Origin: Bugula neritina
Taxonomy: Eukaryota > Animalia > Bryozoa
Length of the DNA stretch: 25,662 nt
Direction of reading: 5' to 3'
NCBI GenBank assembly: GCA_964035545.1
Contig: CAXIUT010000212.1
Coordinates: 1-25,662 of the forward strand
The notes under the pieces are model-generated. The model did not search any database, was not told the DNA's origin, and was given only the letters and a program-made list of their open reading frames with translations. The position numbers were made by a program, and so were the translations under genes. Below are positions 12,707 to 24,460 of this stretch, one piece after another (position 1 is the first letter of the stretch; each line of letters starts with the position of its first letter).

Positions 12707-14596
12707 TCATAAACCAAAATTACCATATTTCTTCCTTAATTATTACATCTTTTCATGAACCACTGATTTCTTACGAGTTTTTGGCTTCACCCTTTTGTTC
12801 TATCGGTTATTTGTACTTCTCAAAGTCAAACGTAAAGGAACTCCATCCATCTTAAATTCGTTAGCCAAGTTCCGAAGAAGAAATCGTTCATAGTAAGGTT
12901 CAAAGAGATCTTTAGCATTTAGAAAAAATATGAAGTGAGGAGGTCTCACTCTAGCCTGAATGAGATAGTTTATTTTTAAGTTGTGATCTCTATCTCTGGG
13001 CAAAAGTTGAAGTTTTTTAAAATTTTAAAGCCAATCATTCAGCAAACCAGTAGTTATACGAGTATTCCATTTATCATATGTGACCAATACTTTATCTAAA
13101 AGTTCAGGCATGCCTGCTCCCAACTTGGCGCTAATATAAACCAATGGATTGCCATGCAACTAACCCAATTTTTTCTAAATCTGTTTCAACAAATAGTTTT
13201 TAGCTTTATATTTATACTGCTCCTTAACTACCTACCACTTATTCACTGCTATCAGCACAGGTCTTCCCTCTTCAAGAACAGATCTTATCAAAGCAAAATC
13301 GTCCAAGACCATTGATGAAAAAGCATCCATGATATATACTACTACATGACTTTACTTTACATGCAATTTTGTACTAATTTGTACTTTTCTGAGATACTAT
13401 TCATCATGCTAACTTATATTAGGTGTATCTAATCCTGCAGTATCAATTAACTCGATCTTTCTATCTTTATAATCAATACGAGCTCTTATGCTATCTCTTG
13501 TAGTATGAGGTATTTCAGATACAACAACTCTTTACTACCCTAAAAGCTAATTGATTAAAGTTGATTTTCCTACATTTGGACGACCAATTAGACATATCTT
13601 TATGGTTCCACCTAATCGAAGGTTTTTAGAATTTGTGCCTCTACTAGTTGAAAACATCTATTAAGGACGGATAAATGCTGATTAGTAATTTTATCCATCT
13701 AAAGCCTCATTTTATTATGGATTTGGATTTATTCTTCTAAAATCTCTTTACCACTATCCAGGACTAAACTATTTCTATTCACTTAAAGTATTTACTTGTG
13801 TTCTAAGTTATTTAACTAAGTTTTAAAATTTATCTATCCTATTTTTTCTTTTTTATTAAAAATCTTATTTCATCTAAGTTGGAACACAATCATTGATATA
13901 ATTTAACAACTAAATAACTCCATTTCCATCATGTGTTGATACTGTGAAAGGCTATCCTAAACTTAAAAGAGAAGATTATCCAAACACTTATCCTTAATCA
14001 AAGAATCCATCGCATTTATTAAAAACTAATAATATTTTAGAATTCTTTCCAAAAACCTTCAAATACTGAGCAAATTCTTTTTATTCCTGAGTCACTGGCT
14101 TTTTAGAATCTACCACAAATAATATCAAATGAGATTCATGAATAGCTGAAATACATTGCTTAAATATTTACTACTTCAATGTATCACCCGACATACTACC
14201 TTTCTTCAGTAAATTGGCCTCAACTCCAGGAGTATCGATTAGTGAAACAAGACCCTACAATATAGGAAACTCCTTTCTATCTCGAGTAGTGCCTCGATGA
14301 GGATCAACAATAGCTATCTTCTCTCCTACTAAACTATTAAACAAACTGCTTTTACCACAGTTAGGAAGTCCAACCAGAGATACTCTAAACCTTCCTTAAC
14401 CAGATGCTCCACTTTTCCAAGGTCTGCTTACTGTTTAAATTTTTCTTTATTTTTCTTATTTTCTGACATGGAGTTGTTCGATTTGTTCGGGAGTATGAAG
14501 AATAAGTTGAGAGCTTTTTGCTTTTCTTGAAAAGGTATAGATTGGTTGTAATTTACTTTTGAAAGAGATGAAGTTTGATATTACTCTTTTTAACAT
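12707..14596 (-). CDS. der: Der/EngA double-GTPase ribosome biogenesis factor, probably mitochondrial
   Basis: Two G-domains ([22 protein letters not shown] and [25 protein letters not shown]), KH-like C-terminus (PPHFIFF..GVPLRL) and a presequence-like N-terminus. Confidence 0.93.
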
Positions 14597-14623
14597 AAAA
14601 TAACTATGGTAGTCAAGACAAAA

Positions 14624-15913
14624 TCATTAATTTTGAGGAAATCGTGCCAGTGAATCTTCTAGCACCCTTACTCGCTCCTATCTTTCAGCCAAACGCTTGT
14701 TAAGTACCTTTACCATATCAGCATGATACCCTCCACGCTCTCCTTTCTCACTCTTCCCTCCGATCTTTAATCTTATTATTGTCTCATTTTTATCTTAAAG
14801 CATAGATTCTAACTAACTTATCTTTTTATCTGATTTCTCCTTCTGTTTATTCCATCCTTATTCTATCTTTTTGCTTTGATCATTAAATTTAGAAAGAACT
14901 TGTTATTGTTCAGTTAGTGCCAAGGACAAAGCTTCATTTACTCGAACTAAGATATCCATTTTACCTCCTATTTATTTCCACTATTGAGTCCTTTATTTAG
15001 CTGTTCCCACTCGCAACTCACTCAAATTGGTTGAATGCCAACTTAGTGAACTATTCAAGTTATCTATCTAGAATCTCATTCTCATAAGTTAAGCTTCTTG
15101 AGCTTCAGATAATGCTGTTTTTTAAGCCAATTGACGTTTAAGAGCAGCAATTTGATTACCAAGTAATACTTTTTATCCTCTCATAGTAGTATTATCTTTC
15201 TTTAGTCTTCTCTTTTATTATTAATCGCGTTAGTGTTTTTATTTGATTTCAGTATCAATGATTCTACTTCTCATTGTCTATATTTATTGATCTTTAGATT
15301 TTATTTCAATTTCATATGCGATAATCTTTTTCTTACATTAATCTATTTTAGCTGAAAGAGATTTCCAATTATTCTTTTATTTCTACAAAATCTGTAGCCT
15401 TTGAGTCATCTTTATACAACTTTAGCAATCACCTTTAGGAAAAGGAGAAGGGGCTGGTCTTTACTTTAACTATTAATCTTCTTATTTTTTTTAGAGGAAA
15501 GGAGATTGGCTACTTTGTGATTTTTTTCTTCTAGAACTTTTGATATCTTATTTATCTTATTTTAGTTTTTTAAACTTTTACGTCTGCTTAACCAGCTATC
15601 TCGCCATCTACTGCATTTATCCTTTATAAAAATTAACTATCTCTTAGAAATGTTTATTCGTTTCCATTATTTATCTGATTTGTAAATTGAATTGTCTTCT
15701 TAATTAGTATCCTTTCTTATCAACTATATCTTACTCATCTCGCTCAGTTTATTCTTAAATAATTGACATTTGTTTGGACAGAGGAGCATCAAAAGTCTTT
15801 TGAATCAGTTGTCTTTCACTAGATACTGAACGAGTCAAAGAGAAGAGAGGACCTGTAATTGCAGTTAGGTAATCTTCAATCAGAGATGATTAATAATTTT
15901 GTTTTTCAGACAT
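14624..15913 (-). CDS. Hypothetical coiled-coil protein (one probable indel near 15180)
   Basis: Long E/K/Q-rich heptad-like frame from ATG at 15913 to TGA at 14624. Confidence 0.65.
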
Positions 15914-15971
15914 AACGCTCTTTTTGAAATACAAATTGATATAATTAAAAATATAAATAACTCTGATATGA

Positions 15972-16943
15972 TCATAATGTTTTATCTAAAGCTTTACTTT
16001 CCTACAACTTTTAAAACCAAACAATAAAAGTGATAAAAATATTAGCTATCAACACCATTAGTAATTTACATCGACCTAGCTTCACGAACTGCTCTTGCAA
16101 GACCTATCCCAATGAAATGTAAAGAAAAGTACCACCAGACATACTCATAAAGAAAGCCATCACAAAGATACCCTGATCAACAAGTAAACTTCCAACAAAT
16201 AACCCAAGAACATTCATACAACCCTGAATAGTAATCATCAACATTGTTAGACGTTTACTATATCCTTCTTTTTTGTACATCAGACCTAGAGTCAATCCCT
16301 AAGCCCATTTATGAACAATAATAGCAGTGGCAAGACTGAGAACTCCAATCGTACTTCTTTGAAGTCCTACAGCCAATGTTTAAAAAAATGCATGAATACT
16401 CATTCCTATTTGAAGAATAAATGGTTTCCAGTTTGTTTACTAAGGTTTATCTCCAGTCAATTTCTTTTATTACAACTTTTAACTTCCCTGAGGTTCTGAT
16501 TCAAGGTTATTTTGATATCCCTCGATAGTAGATTTTTTAAATTCCAAATCATCTGCTTCTTTCTCATTCCTCTAAGTCCTCCTTGGCTATGTAACATAAG
16601 ATAGTTCATATTAATGGTCATGCGAGTGTCTCATTAGAAGTTTATCTAAAAACATGATGATGAGCATAGTGGCGATGGCGATGATAACAGGTAGGGCAGA
16701 TTTGATAGTTTTAAGAAATTTAAATTGGGTATATTTGAAATATGAGTTAAAATGAGTCATAGATTCAGGTAGAACATCAAGCATAGCAATGGATAAGAAA
16801 AGAGTTCCAGAAAAGGTCATAGCCAAATCCATTATTTTTTTATTTCTAAAGCAAGTCAAAGATGAAATAAAGTTACCAAAGATAGTCACTTATAATAAAA
16901 AAACAACCATCAGAATCATTTTTACCACTAGCACCTTTTCCAT
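15972..16943 (-). CDS. ZIP (SLC39) zinc/metal transporter; probable indel near 16890
   Basis: FSGTLFLSIAMLDVLPES, His-rich loop HSHDH, HKWA[TAG=E]GLTLG and MSGGTFLYISLGE. Confidence 0.92.
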
Positions 16944-16996
16944 CAATTAATATATATAATCATAATTCAAAAGTATGAATATTATCAATATAAACA

Positions 16997-17072
16997 GGGG
17001 TTGGGGTTGGGGTTGGGGTTGGGGTTGGGGTTGGGGTTGGGGTTGGGGTTGGGGTTGGGGTTGGGGTTGGGG
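16997..17072 (+). repeat. Internal telomeric tract (GGGGTT)n, 76 nt; right telomere of the 1-17072 minichromosome
   Basis: Perfect G4T2 array 53 nt upstream of the ZIP ATG. Confidence 0.95.
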
Positions 17073-19189
17073 CATTAATATTCTATATTCTTCTAAGAAT
17101 GCAAACTCATCTATTTCATTTCATTGTTTATCAACTTTCTCTCATTCTCAAGATCTCTCTCTAACTATCTCTTCTACTACATCAACGAACGATTTTTCTA
17201 TCTATACTATAACTATTGTTTCACTTGGGCAATCTGTCTCAGCCTTTATAACTAAAATTATATCTATATCTATGACTACTTCTATCGCTATTTCCTCTTT
17301 TATTTCATATATTACATACATAAATTTTATCCCTCATGTCTGTTCTAGCTATTATCAGAATCAAAATTAGGTTTCACTAGATAGATTTATTAATAATTTT
17401 ATGTTTTTATTCTATACTATTACATACTCTATTAGTTATTTCTTGCCTATGAATCGTTATAAACACTTTTAACCTCTCTAAACTAATCTTTTTTATCTAT
17501 TTGCTTTACAACTATTTCTTATTATCTTTTATTTCGCTTCTTTTATGAATTATTTCGAATATACCTCTTTATATTTTTTTAACACTACATTATCTACTTT
17601 GTATATTGCTCTATCTTAGAATTTTTATCCTTATTTACCGCTTTATTTGACTTGTTATTGCCTCTATTTCCAGCAAAACTATTAAACCTTCTATCTCTGG
17701 TACTAGAGGAGACTGATTGTCCGATCTTTTTTTAGATCATTTGGGATATTGGTCTCATTTGGCCATATTATCGATGTTGAGGACGAGTTCTAGAAGTTGT
17801 TGGTAAATATGTGTCTTTTACGAGTTTTTAATGTAAAGGAAAAGGTAAATTCATCTCTTATCCTAGGATATAAGTCTCAGTTTAAACCAAAGGAGGATTA
17901 GATTGAAGTTTAGTTTCAGGAATTTTGACATTTTATGTAAGTTTAGATGATTTTGAGATATTATTTTGATTTATTAAGGATAAATCTTTGTGAATTAATG
18001 TTTTTCCTTGATTTTCAGATTATTTCACTGGTTTATTGAAAGATACAACTTATTTTTTGGTTATTTCTTATGTTTTCTAATTTTATTTTTGATTAATATA
18101 AACAATATTATGATTTTTATTTGTATTTCTTTCTGGAATAGTAGATGAATCAAAAAATACTTTTCTAGGATGAATTCTTGTATCTATTGAATGAATAGAA
18201 CTCTCTTGACTATTGATATTGGATGGCATTTGGGCAGAATAATAGTTAAATGTATTTTAATTCGATATTAAGTTAGGATATCTAATACTTTTTTGAAGAA
18301 ATGTTGTTTTTTGGGATAATTGTGGTTGATTAAATGTAAAGTGGACTTTTTTTTGTTGAGAAATATGATTATGAGCTGCATGGGGAGAAGATTGAGGTCT
18401 AGATGATTATTTTATCATGTTATCTCGACTAATTAGCTGTTCTTTAGGCTGATTAGATATCATATTTGGTTATTTATATGTTTTATTGCTAAACTATACT
18501 GAAGAAGCTGATTTTTTATGTTTATTTTGTTGTTTTGAAACAGAATAATGCCAATCAACAATTAATTTATTTATTTATTCCATATTTATTACATTTTCCA
18601 AAGATCTAATATATTTTTAATCGATATTTCTACAAAATCCACTTTTTTGTATAAAAAGAAACACCTTAACCAAGCTATCAACCATTTATTTTTAACTACA
18701 CACCCTTTCCGCACAACATTTACCTTGATGAGAATTAATCCAAACTTTAGCATGATAATTTTATTCCTAATAAAAGATTTTATCCTAATTAACCTAAAAA
18801 AAACCATAGCATTCCTTCAAATACCTCACTCCTTACATAACATCTAAACAAATACACTTTTATTGATGACTATTTTTATTGATTCTTAAATAGTCACTAA
18901 TCCTATTTCCAAAATATTAAGTATAAACCATACTACTATATTGTTCCTCTTCAGTAGAACATGAACAGTTGGTGTTATTATTAGTGAAATAGATAAGTTT
19001 TATGATGTTGGGATGTTGTAGGTTAATTCTTTTAGAGAGCAGTTGGTTATGAAAGATTTGTTATTCAGAACAACTGAAGACCAGTTTTTGTTATTGAATA
19101 AGTTGGTTATTGAGGTCGTTTTTGATAAGGGATGGAGAGACATAATTCCAATTTTTAGTCAATATTGGTTGGCTTTAATTACTTCCCAT
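17073..19189 (-). CDS. Kinase-like N-terminal domain plus coiled-coil protein, possibly N-myristoylated; 3' end runs into the telomeric tract
   Basis: Starts MGSNES. LQHPNIIKLI and VYTEYFG resemble kinase subdomains IV-V. The C-terminal coiled coil ...KNIEYEC reaches the tract without a stop. Confidence 0.6.
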
Positions 19190-19256
19190 CTAATGTACGA
19201 TATTATCAATCGAATATTTTATTGATAATCAATATCCTTCTAAATCAAACGATAGT

Positions 19257-19318
19257 GATAAAAGGATAAAAGATAAAGGATAAAAGATAATGGATAAGGA
19301 TAAAGGATAAAGGATAAA
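19257..19318. repeat. Degenerate short tandem repeat (GATAAAG/GATAAAA-like units)
   Basis: aaaggataaaagataaaggataaaagataatggataaggataaaggataaaggataaa in the intergenic region. Confidence 0.75.
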
Positions 19319-19341
19319 GTTTTAAATGATAATCAAAAAGA

Positions 19342-19641
19342 TCAAATGGGATGCTGTTTTACAGAATAGCAATTCAAATTGTATCGATGATAGCTTTGAT
19401 CGCATATCTGTTCCATATTTTTGAGAATCACTAATCGTAAAAATTTACGAATATTGTTCTACCTGTTCTTAGAGGCAGTTAAAACCTAGCTATATTTAGA
19501 TTTGTTGAGCTGATCCTAGCAGTCTATCAAAGAGTTTATGGCAGATTGTTTCTTCTTTGTTCTTTATCTATTTGACATATTTATATTAATAGAATTATCG
19601 CAAAAATAACATAATTAATGGACATTATCAATATCATCCAT
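19342..19641 (-). CDS. 99-codon ORF directly abutting a telomeric tract (5'-truncated gene or C-terminal extension of the Rab)
   Basis: MDDIDNVHELCYFCDNS...RKFLRLVILKNMEQICDQSYHRYNLNCYSVKQHPI-TGA. The ATG is only 3 nt from the tract. Confidence 0.55.
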
Positions 19642-19644
19642 GAA

Positions 19645-19719
19645 GGGGTTGGGGTTGGGGTTGGGGTTGGGGTTGGGGTTGGGGTTGGGGTTGGGGTTGG
19701 GGTTGGGGTTGGGGTTGGG
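19645..19719 (+). repeat. Internal telomeric tract (GGGGTT)n, 75 nt
   Basis: Perfect array ending TTGGG. Confidence 0.95.
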
Positions 19720-20457
19720 ACTGGTTTCTTCTTCGTCGATATTGTTATGTTCTCTTGCTTCTTAACCACCGGCTTGGGCACCTATTTATTTACCACTCCT
19801 TGAGTTTATTTCTTTTACTTAGGACTTTAACTTGGCAAACTTGATCCAGATCTAACATCCCCAGGAGAACTAGCAAACCAATTAATCCCCATCTTCTCCA
19901 TCTTATTCTTAGCTATTTCCATTCCAAATGTCTTAATCGTCTCATACACATTATCTCCTGTTTTAGCACTCACATCCGCTGTCTTATAGTGATGCTAGTC
20001 TATTAACTTTTGCACTCTCTACTTTAATATAATTGTACTTCTTTACTTACTACTCTGTCACAATCTGATTTATTCCCCAGAAGAAGCACCTTTACATTTT
20101 TATCACAGTAATTCTGGGCCTATGAAATCCAAAAAGTCTAAAGGTCATCAACGGAGGATGGCTCAGTGGTATCATAGACCATAATAATCCCATCAGTACC
20201 TTTATAATACGCTGATGTAATGGTTCTAAAACGCTATTGTCCAGCAGTGTCCCAAATTTGAAATTTAATACTTCTTCCATCTTGCTTTATGGTTTTAAAT
20301 CTTAATTTACTATAAAATACCTGAAGTCAACACCAATGGTAGTCAAGTAGTTCTATGTGAATTTATTTTATGCGAATTGCATAAGAAGTGAACTTTTCCC
20401 AACACCAGATCCCCCTATCAAGATCAATTTAACCAGTTGATCGTACTCCTTTATCAT
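19720..20457 (-). CDS. Rab-family small GTPase (Rab1-like), 3' end interrupted by the telomeric tract; 20-nt introns at 20301-20320 and 20019-20038
   Basis: GGSGVGKSS, TIGVDFRFKT, WDTAGQ[TAG=E]RFRTITSAYYKG, GNKSD and VSAKTG. No stop or prenylation motif before the tract. Confidence 0.92.
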
Positions 20458-20685
20458 ACTATCAGATTATATAATTCCTACTAACAAAGATAGTCAAATA
20501 AATCCAAAAACATACTAATCAATAAATAATAAATAAATATAAAGATTTCTATGAGAAATATCAAAATAAATCTAATTGCAAATGATAAACTCAAGTATCT
20601 GCTTTCAATTGTATATAAAATAAATAGATTATTCTATATTACTGGTAACAATCAAATGATTGATCTATAGAATGGATATGATCTA

Positions 20686-20738
20686 TTGGGGTTGGGGTTG
20701 GGGTTGGGGTTGGGGTTGGGGTTGGGGTTGGGGTTGGG
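20686..20738 (+). repeat. Internal telomeric tract (TTGGGG)n, about 53 nt
   Basis: Perfect array ending TTGGG. Confidence 0.95.
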
Positions 20739-20798
20739 ATTGTTTAATTTACTAAAACGTCATTTCAATTATCAATTTATTTTCATTAGATAAACCAC

Positions 20799-22761
20799 AT
20801 GAAAAACTAATTAGAAAAAGGCACCAACAAAAGACTATGGAATAAAGACGTATATCAGTCATAATTTAGTAAGATTAGTTACTCAGATCGATAGTTACTT
20901 CAAGTTCTACTCCGAAATGGGCCTTTATTTCAGATCAATTCAATCAAAAAATAAAATAGCAGGGAGATAGTTTGCATATCAATAGAACTAATAAACAATG
21001 TAGATAAAGGTATTATATAATTTGATATATAGATGGCAAAATCATTTGAATCCTTTACTAAAGAATAATGTACCATGGTCAGATGAGGAACACGAAAGTT
21101 TATTCAAATTATTTCAAAAACATTCTCATAAGTGGTGTGACTTATCTATAAAGTTGACTTAGTTAGGTTTTGAGAAACGAAGTGATAATAATATAAAAAA
21201 CTATTTTTATTCTGCTCTTAAAAGATAACTAAAAAGAATTAACGAAGTCATTCGCTTAAACAATAAAGATATCAAAAAGAGAAAAAGCTAAGTTCATAAT
21301 TATTCATAAAAATACAGCTATAAAGAACGATTAAGTCTTTAACGGTAAATTAAAAAAAATAACATAATCAAATCTAGTCAGTCTAATTCTCAAAATCAAG
21401 CATCCCATCAAAATGGAGTAGCAATAACTACATATAATAAAAGAGATAGATCAAGATCTGATAAGTAAAAATATTATTGATAGCATAGTAGAAGGCAGAT
21501 AAAAAATATGTCATCAGCAACCAATGTTCATAAATGTATCGATAGTTCTTCACTAGAATTAAGAGACCAACTCATCGATCTGATTATCCATAAAGGGTAA
21601 GAACTAGATAAAGATCACATTTTAAAACTAGCTAAAAATATGTTGGAAATTAGCAGGAAAAGCAAAAAGAAAAATAACAAACAATAAATCACACTTACTC
21701 AAACTTAAAATACTAAAAATATCAATAATATCTACAACTATCAAGGCAATAACAAATCCCATTAAAATAATCTACCTTAATAACCTCAAAATGTTTAAGC
21801 ATTTAATGAAAAAGATGCCATCAATAAACTTATGAAGTAAGATACAGTCAAATAATAACACAAATAACTACTATAAAGAAGCAATATATCATTTCCCCCT
21901 CGCTCTGATGGAGGTTTTGATCCTTCCTAAACGTCAACTTTATCTCCTCAATGGACTACAGCCGAGGATACCTAGACAGAAGCAGTTAGCTCTATGCAAG
22001 TAGCTTCTTTCCCTCTCAACCTTATGGAGGTATCTTCGGTGGTGGTAGTTTTGAACCATCCTATACATTAAAAAGTCCATTTACTATTCAAAACACAAAT
22101 CCGTCAGATATAATAAAGTACTAGAAATAATAAGAATGAAAATAATAGTTTTTTGAATGATATAAAATAAGTACAAACAACTCAAATTCAACCAGGTCAA
22201 TTCGAATTCCATCTTCCTAATCATTCAGGATTCACACCTCTTTTCCCCTAACAACCCTCCCCGAAATAGTAAATATCAAATCGAGCAATGTGCAACAGTC
22301 AAATGATATCGAGTTGGCCTTTACTTCATTCCCAATAATAGAAGAAGAGTTTGATGGGATAAAAGAAGTAATCGGATAACATATCCCAGATGATGGGCCA
22401 TTCTTTTGTTTTTCAGTAGAACAAACAAGATATAAATCAAAATTTACTAGGATCGCAACCTTTCGATAACAACTATAATATGAATTTGATCAATAATAGA
22501 AGTGGAAACTACAATATCAACTTGAGCAATAGTGGCAACCTCAACCAAAGTGGTCATCTTCAAAGTGCCAATTTCAATTATAATATCGTCAATCTGAATA
22601 ATAGTTCTTATTTGGGCAATAATAGCAATCTGGACGGCAGCAGTGATAAAAAGAGTAGAAATAATAGCGGAAATAGCAATGGAAATAGCCAAGAAGATAA
22701 TTGGATGTTTACGCTACCTGCCAACAATAAAAGCAGCTTTCAACCTTATGAGTAAAAATGA
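20799..22761 (+). CDS. R2R3 Myb-domain transcription factor; introns at 20850-20869, 21010-21032 and 21465-21488
   Basis: WNKDEDELL..KW..RTNKQCR[TAA=E]RWQNHLNP and WSDEEH..KW..RSDNNIKNYFY, then a long N/S-rich tail to TGA at 22759-22761. Confidence 0.9.
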
Positions 22762-22841
22762 TATCTTTAACGTTATCTTCTATTTTGTATTTTAATAATA
22801 GAAGATATATTAAATATCCTAAAATAAACGAAAGAAAGATA

Positions 22842-23348
22842 TCAGTTTTATTTACATTCCCTCCCCATCAACAACTTAACGAATTCCTAAAAATCAATCT
22901 AATCTTTTCCATGATTTCCAACATTTTTAAATATTTCCTCGAGCTAGCTATTAGTCAAAGGCCTTTCTAAATTTTTCATAACCTGATTTAATTCTTCAGC
23001 AGATATGGACCCATTTCCATCTCGATCAAATATTTTAAAAGCCCTTGAGAACTAGGTACTGGGATTAGATTTTTTCATAATTCTTTATCATTGATCAAAT
23101 ACGTATGCATTAGATGTAAAAACTATTAACAATCTATTGTGCCATTATGATCGAAATCTATCTCACTTATCAGTTAGTCTATTTTTGAATCTGAAAGATT
23201 TTAACCCAAAGCTCCCATCAGCAGACATAATTACTATAGTTATCAGGTTAAGTACTTATTTCGATATTACAGAGTTGTCGTCGATATCGAATTCATCAAA
23301 TATTTTACGGAAATACAACTAGTATTAAGTATTCATCTAGTCACTCAT
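22842..23348 (-). CDS. Calmodulin-like four-EF-hand protein; introns at 23234-23255 and 23083-23102; 3' end uncertain
   Basis: EF loops [36 protein letters not shown] and a degenerate fourth loop (IDFEEF). Confidence 0.82.
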
Positions 23349-23539
23349 CCTTTTTAAATTTAGAAATTAATAATAACAACCATAATATTCCATTTTCAAA
23401 AAGACTTAATATCAATGATATATACATTTAGATTTTATCTAATAGGTAAAGTAAACTACTTTAGCATTTTCATGAGATACTACTACAATTATTACTAGAG
23501 AGATACCTTTTTATAATATTGTATTTAAATTTAAAAGAG

Positions 23540-24340
23540 ATGCCTCGTTTAGTAAATCAAACAGATCTCGCTGACAATCCTGATGACTAAGAATATTAAC
23601 ATAGACCAGTATAAAACTTTGGACTTTCAATGCTTCAATCAATGGGATTTTCTAAAGATAAAGGAATAGGCAAAAATAATAAAAACAACATCCAAGATAT
23701 AGTCATTCTCAAGCCGAGACCTAAGGGTTTAGGTCTAGGCGCATAATAAAACAAATAAACTAAACCTCCTTAATTTTCATAAGGAAATTACGTAATTATC
23801 ACTGAAAAATAACACAAAGATCTTTTCGGTATCATTCTTTAAGTTCAATAAACTCACCTATTAGTAGAATTGCTAAAAAGTAATTCTACTATTCAAATCA
23901 AGAAAAAATATACTAAGGTAGTATCAAATCAATAAGTAAAAGAAGAATAAGATAAAGTAGATAAAGATCAATCTCATAAAAAGAAGAGGTTGAAATGGAT
24001 AGTGCCAGGAATAAAAGTTAAAATAACTGATAAAAATTCAAATCTATACCTAAAAAACAGTACTAGTTACTGACCTTATTAAGTGAACGTTAATTTTAGT
24101 GTTGTTATCATGGAGAATCAGGAAATAAAACTATAAGAGATCTTAGATAAAAAGATGTTCAGACAGTAATACCAAAGCAAGGACAAACAATACTTATACT
24201 AAAAGGGTCACAATCGAGGATAAAAAGCACAGTTATATGGACGATAAAAAAAGAATTAAAAAGTTATTGTACAAACTTTTAACTAACTAGAACTCATCAA
24301 CTTAACTTAAGATGATATCTCATAGTTTGTTTAACTTTGA
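23540..24340 (+). CDS. G-patch/KOW splicing factor (GPKOW/MOS2/Spp2-like); about three apparent +1 indels between 24050 and 24212
   Basis: EYEHRPVENFGLSMLQSMGF..GIGK..RPKGLGLGA, LKWIVPGIKVKI, DVQTVIPK and C-terminal LTEDDISEF. Confidence 0.85.
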
Positions 24341-24377
24341 TTCACTTATTGTTGATATTGATATTTTGATTTCTATA

Positions 24378-24460
24378 GGGGTTGGGGTTGGGGGTTGGGG
24401 TTGGGGTTGGGGTTGGGGTTGGGGTTGGGGTTGGGGTTGGGGGTTGGGGTTGGGGTTGGG
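24378..24460 (+). repeat. Internal telomeric tract (GGGGTT)n, 83 nt, with two G5 variants
   Basis: Array 37 nt after the G-patch gene stop, ending TTGGG. Confidence 0.95.
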
